From Gallionella sp. (GTDB lineage: Bacteria > Pseudomonadota > Gammaproteobacteria > Burkholderiales > Gallionellaceae): 64,000 nt of DNA. Position 1 is the first letter of the stretch, and every line of letters begins with the position of its first letter. Made by a program: the position numbers and the translations under genes. Location of the stretch: positions 41,624 through 105,623 of the forward strand of contig JAJDNO010000030.1 of the NCBI GenBank assembly GCA_022340615.1, in the 5' to 3' direction. Shown here piece by piece: positions 60,430 through 64,000 of the stretch. Below the pieces are notes generated by a model. That model did no database searches. It was given only the letters and a program-made list of their open reading frames with translations, and had not been told where the DNA came from.

Positions 60430-61236
60430 ATGGACAATGATCCGATCGAGAAATTCAAGAACAAACAGCGCGAAACCTGGACGCTGGGAAACTTCGGCGA
60501 CATGGCGGTGTTCACGACGCCGGTGGCAGGCCATCTGGTCCGTTTTGCCAGGGTGACGGGTGGCCAGGCAGTACTTGATGTCGGAACTGGTACCGGCGTG
60601 GTTGCTATCACCGCGCGCAACCTCGGCGCGAAGGTGACCGGGCTGGACCTGACCCCGGCACTTCTCGAACAGGCCAGGGAAAGCGCTGCGCTGATCGGCC
60701 ATCACGATATCGCGTGGCACGAAGGCGATGCCGAAGCGATGCCTTTCCCGGATGGCGCTTTCGATGCGGTGCTGAGCCAGTTCGGGCATATGTTTGCGCC
60801 ACGGCACGATGTCGTGGTCAGCGAGATGCTGCGCGTGCTGAAACCGGGCGGAACGATTGCGTTCGCAACCTGGCCCGGCGAACAGCTGATCGGCCGCATG
60901 TTCGGCCTGAACGCAAAGTATGTGCCGCCGCCTCCCGGCATCGTTTCGCCGGTACAGTGGGGTGATGTCTCTATCGTGCGGGAACGTCTGGGAAACAGCG
61001 TGGCCCGCCTGCATGTCGAGCGCGGCATCATGGGCATCCCGGCGCTCAGCCCCAAGCATCTGCGCGTATTCCAGGAAGCCAAGACCGGTCCGTTCATCCA
61101 GACCGTGAAAGCGTTGCAGAACGATCCGGAAAAACTCGAAGCATGGCGGAACGAGATGGATGAAATGCTTGGCGAATACCTGCATGACAATGTGGTCCGC
61201 CACGAATACCTGCTGATCCGCGCGGTCAAGGTCTGA
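60430..61236 (+). CDS. Class I SAM-dependent methyltransferase (UbiE-like fold)
   Basis: GGGAGG SD; VLDVGTGTG, GLDLTP, GDAEAMPFPD..FD.V.SQFG.MFAP. Confidence 0.88.
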   Translation: MDNDPIEKFKNKQRETWTLGNFGDMAVFTTPVAGHLVRFARVTGGQAVLDVGTGTGVVAITARNLGAKVTGLDLTPALLEQARESAALIGHHDIAWHEGDAEAMPFPDGAFDAVLSQFGHMFAPRHDVVVSEMLRVLKPGGTIAFATWPGEQLIGRMFGLNAKYVPPPPGIVSPVQWGDVSIVRERLGNSVARLHVERGIMGIPALSPKHLRVFQEAKTGPFIQTVKALQNDPEKLEAWRNEMDEMLGEYLHDNVVRHEYLLIRAVKV

Positions 61237-61280
61237 TCCTTTCCCTCACCGCTCCTGCAGTTTCAACCGGAAACAGCCGC

Positions 61281-62249
61281 TCAGGCAACGCGATCGTGCG
61301 GTTCGCGCCCGGCCGCGATCGCGTCGAGATTGTCCAGTGCGCGGAAGCCCATCGCATCGCGAGTCTCGAACGTCGCGCTGCCGATATGCGGCAGCAGGAA
61401 GGTATTCTCCAGCTCCCGGTAACCGGGATGGATGTTGTCCGGCTCGCCGTTGAACACATCAAGCCCGGCCGCGGCAACCTTGCCCGAGCGCAGCGCGGCA
61501 ACCAGAGCATCATCGTCGACCACGCTGCCGCGCGCGGTGTTCACCACGATCGCGCCGTCGGGCAGCAGCGCGATGCGTTTGGCATTGAGCAGGTGATGCG
61601 TTTCCGGCGTGGCGGGACAATGCAGCGCCAGGTAATCGCAGTGCGGCAGCAGCGCCTCGACGGTATCGTAATAGGTCGCGCCCTTTTCCAGCTCGGGTGA
61701 CAGGCGGCTGCGGTTCGAATACAGGATGGTCATGCCGAAACCGCGGGCACGCTCAGCGGTGGCCTGACCGACCCGCCCCATGCCGATGATGCCGAGCCGC
61801 TTGCCGGTGACCTGTCTTCCGATCATGAAGGTCGGGCTCCACGATTTCCACTTCCCCGCGCGTATCAGGCGCTCGCCCTCGCTGGCGCGCCTCGCCGCAC
61901 CAAGCATCAGCAGCATCGCGATCTCGGCGGTCGCATCAGTCAGCACATCGGGGGTATTGGTCACGATGATGTTGCGCGCCTTCGCCGCGGCAAGATCGAC
62001 ATAGTCGACGCCGACCGAAAAACAGACGATGGCTTTTACGGATGCCGGCAGGCGCGCGATCACATCGGCGGAAAATTTTTCGGTATGGCAGGGAAGAATG
62101 ATGTCAGCGCCCTGCGCCAGCGCGATAAGTTCTTCGGCGCTGTAGAGCCGGTCTTCAGGATTGAAACGCGGCTGGTAATCGCGGCGCAGCCGCTCTTCCA
62201 CAGCCTGCGGCAGTTTGCGGGTGACCAGCACTTCCAGTTTATTGTTCAT
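61281..62249 (-). CDS. D-isomer 2-hydroxyacid (glyoxylate/hydroxypyruvate) dehydrogenase
   Basis: VTNTPDVLT, GIIGMGRVG, NTARG, AGLDVF, PHIGSAT. Confidence 0.92.
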   Translation of the reverse strand: MNNKLEVLVTRKLPQAVEERLRRDYQPRFNPEDRLYSAEELIALAQGADIILPCHTEKFSADVIARLPASVKAIVCFSVGVDYVDLAAAKARNIIVTNTPDVLTDATAEIAMLLMLGAARRASEGERLIRAGKWKSWSPTFMIGRQVTGKRLGIIGMGRVGQATAERARGFGMTILYSNRSRLSPELEKGATYYDTVEALLPHCDYLALHCPATPETHHLLNAKRIALLPDGAIVVNTARGSVVDDDALVAALRSGKVAAAGLDVFNGEPDNIHPGYRELENTFLLPHIGSATFETRDAMGFRALDNLDAIAAGREPHDRVA

Positions 62250-62380
62250 CGATAACCCCTTGCGTGACTATTAGCCAGGACCGCAATATTAGCAACATTG
62301 GCGCGTCGAACACAGCACCGCGATGTTATGTTTAAATGCAATTTGATTATCCATATAATTATTTCTGGAGGGAGTCCATC

Positions 62381-63352
62381 ATGCCACACGCGATCAGGGT
62401 TCATAAGACAGGCGGTCCCGAGGTATTGCAATGGGAAGCAGTCGATGTCGGCCCTCCCGGTGCCGGACAGGTCAAGCTGAAACAAACTGCCGTGGGACTG
62501 AATTATATCGACGTCTATCAACGCACCGGACTCTACCCGCTGCCGCTGCCCTTCGTGCCCGGAATGGAAGGCGCCGGCACCGTTGAGTCGGTCGGCAGCG
62601 GCGTGACCCACCTGAAAGCGGGGGACCGCGTCGCGTATGCCATGGTAATCGGCGCCTATGCCGAAACAAGGCTGATCGCGGCGGATCGGGTGGTCAAGCT
62701 GCCGGACAGCATAGACGACCGCACCGCTGCAGCGATGATGCTGCAGGGCATGACTGCGCGCTACCTGATCCGCGACATCTACAAGGTCGGGCCTGGAGAC
62801 ACGATCCTGATACACGCCGCGGCCGGCGGGGTCGGGCTGATTGTCTGTCAGTGGGCCGCCGCACTCGGTGCGACCGTGATCGGCACCGTGTCCAGCGACG
62901 AGAAAGCCGCGCTTGCCAGGGCCAACGGCTGCCACTATCCGATCGTCTATACCCGCGAGGATTTCCAGGAGCGGTTGCTCCATATCACCGGCGGCGAAAA
63001 ATTGCCCGTGGTCTACGATTCGGTGGGCAAGGATACCTTCATGAAATCGCTGGACTGCCTGCGGCCGCGCGGCATCATGGTGCTGTTTGGCGCATCGTCG
63101 GGCCCGGTACCGCCGATGGATCTGTCGCTGCTGTCGCAGAAAGGTTCGCTGATGGTCACGCGGCCCACGCTCGGCACCTTCGTCGCAACACGGCAACTGC
63201 TCGAGGAAAATTCGGAGGACCTGTTCTCTGTGGTCGGGTCGGGCGAGGTTAAGATCCACGTCAACCAGACCTATCCACTGCAGCAAGCGGCGCAGGCACA
63301 CAGCGACCTCGAGGCGCGCAAGACCACCGGATCGACCGTACTGACCGTCTGA
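62381..63352 (+). CDS. qor: NADPH:quinone oxidoreductase
   Basis: GGPEVL, GLNYID, HAAAGGVG, VYDSVG, GSLMVTRPTL. Confidence 0.9.
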   Translation: MPHAIRVHKTGGPEVLQWEAVDVGPPGAGQVKLKQTAVGLNYIDVYQRTGLYPLPLPFVPGMEGAGTVESVGSGVTHLKAGDRVAYAMVIGAYAETRLIAADRVVKLPDSIDDRTAAAMMLQGMTARYLIRDIYKVGPGDTILIHAAAGGVGLIVCQWAAALGATVIGTVSSDEKAALARANGCHYPIVYTREDFQERLLHITGGEKLPVVYDSVGKDTFMKSLDCLRPRGIMVLFGASSGPVPPMDLSLLSQKGSLMVTRPTLGTFVATRQLLEENSEDLFSVVGSGEVKIHVNQTYPLQQAAQAHSDLEARKTTGSTVLTV

Positions 63353-63361
63353 GGCGGCAGA

Positions 63362-63670
63362 TTATTTTTCCGCGTTGATGTCGCCCATCTTCACCCGGAC
63401 GACCGAAATGGCCTTGTCCATTTTCCTGAATCTCTTCGCACCGAACCACACGGTCAGTATCCCGCTTGGCAGGCAGATGAATCCCATCGCGGTAAACCAG
63501 CGCTCGTGCGAGAAATGAATGATTGATATCCCGGCGATGAACAGCGCGACGCCCGAACGCAGGTAAGACAGCAGGGTGCGCTCGTTCGCCAGCAGGGTAC
63601 GGTCGATAGCCAGCTGGTCCCTGAGGATCAGTTCTGCACTGTCGAATTGTGTGTAAGGATTGTGTCCCAT
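63362..63670 (-). CDS. DUF202/YidH-family membrane protein
   Basis: RDQLAIDRTLLANERTLLSYLRSG; start at MGHNPY. Confidence 0.85.
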   Translation of the reverse strand: MGHNPYTQFDSAELILRDQLAIDRTLLANERTLLSYLRSGVALFIAGISIIHFSHERWFTAMGFICLPSGILTVWFGAKRFRKMDKAISVVRVKMGDINAEK

Positions 63671-63782
63671 TGAGTTTGTTTCCGATCTTTCTATTGATGG
63701 CAAAGGCAAATATCCGATTGCATGGATAAGCATATTCTAATCTAACGGACGGTGGCGGTGTACCCGAAACGACAAGCCTGCA

Positions 63783-64000
63783 TTACTCGCCGATCGCGAT
63801 TTCCAGTTCCAGCCAGCTTTCCTCCAGTTCCGCCACTTGCGCTTCCAGCTTCGCATGCGCTGCATTCAGTTCGGCAATCCTGGCGCGGTCTGGGCTGGCA
63901 TAGGTGGCAGGGTCGGCGAGTTGCCGGTTGACCGCGGCGAGCTCGGCCTGAGCAGCGGTCAGCGCGGTTTCGAGCCTGCCCTGTTTCGACTGCAGCGCCT
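63783..64000 (-). CDS. C-terminal coiled-coil of an ABC-F ATPase (Uup/YheS-like), cut by window edge
   Basis: ..LADPATYA....LEESWLELE..GE stop. Confidence 0.7.
   Translation of the reverse strand, partial: ALQSKQGRLETALTAAQAELAAVNRQLADPATYASPDRARIAELNAAHAKLEAQVAELEESWLELEIAIGE

Overview
A GC-rich betaproteobacterial chromosome segment. Gene order and content suggest Nitrosomonadales, plausibly Gallionellaceae (inference). About 1-44.7 kb is mostly core housekeeping: mltA, gst, dsbC, a UbiH-family hydroxylase, dusB-fis-purH-purD-tsaC-hemF, slt-cca, ttcA, a metK-[SAH riboswitch]-ahcY-metF-trhP cluster, two LpxL-type acyltransferases with ubiD, three tandem outer-membrane beta-barrels, dacB-bioA, groES-groEL (sigma32 promoter plus CIRCE), tRNA-Phe(GAA), an ABC-2 pair, an EamA transporter and ettA. 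About 44.8-55.3 kb is an accessory patchwork of small genes, repeat scars and a pseudogene. It is followed by mrcB with an LpoP-like lipoprotein and several small metabolic genes. I saw no CRISPR array, integrase, intact transposase or prophage. The best leads are: (1) a 128-aa protein that appears to keep the whole sulfur oxygenase reductase active site (Cys plus His-x3-His...Glu) in a single domain, flanked by degenerate direct repeats; (2) a protein made of ten H1-like 5-mers fused to ten amphipathic 11-mers; (3) a near-leaderless uORF with mutually exclusive RNA stems upstream of the EamA exporter; (4) a palindromic MITE-like repeat family, one copy abutting the SAH riboswitch; (5) two cNMP-binding-domain plus CSC-motif gene pairs; (6) large in-frame low-complexity insertions in both Slt and DacB. 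All family assignments are by eye and from recalled motifs. No searches were run.
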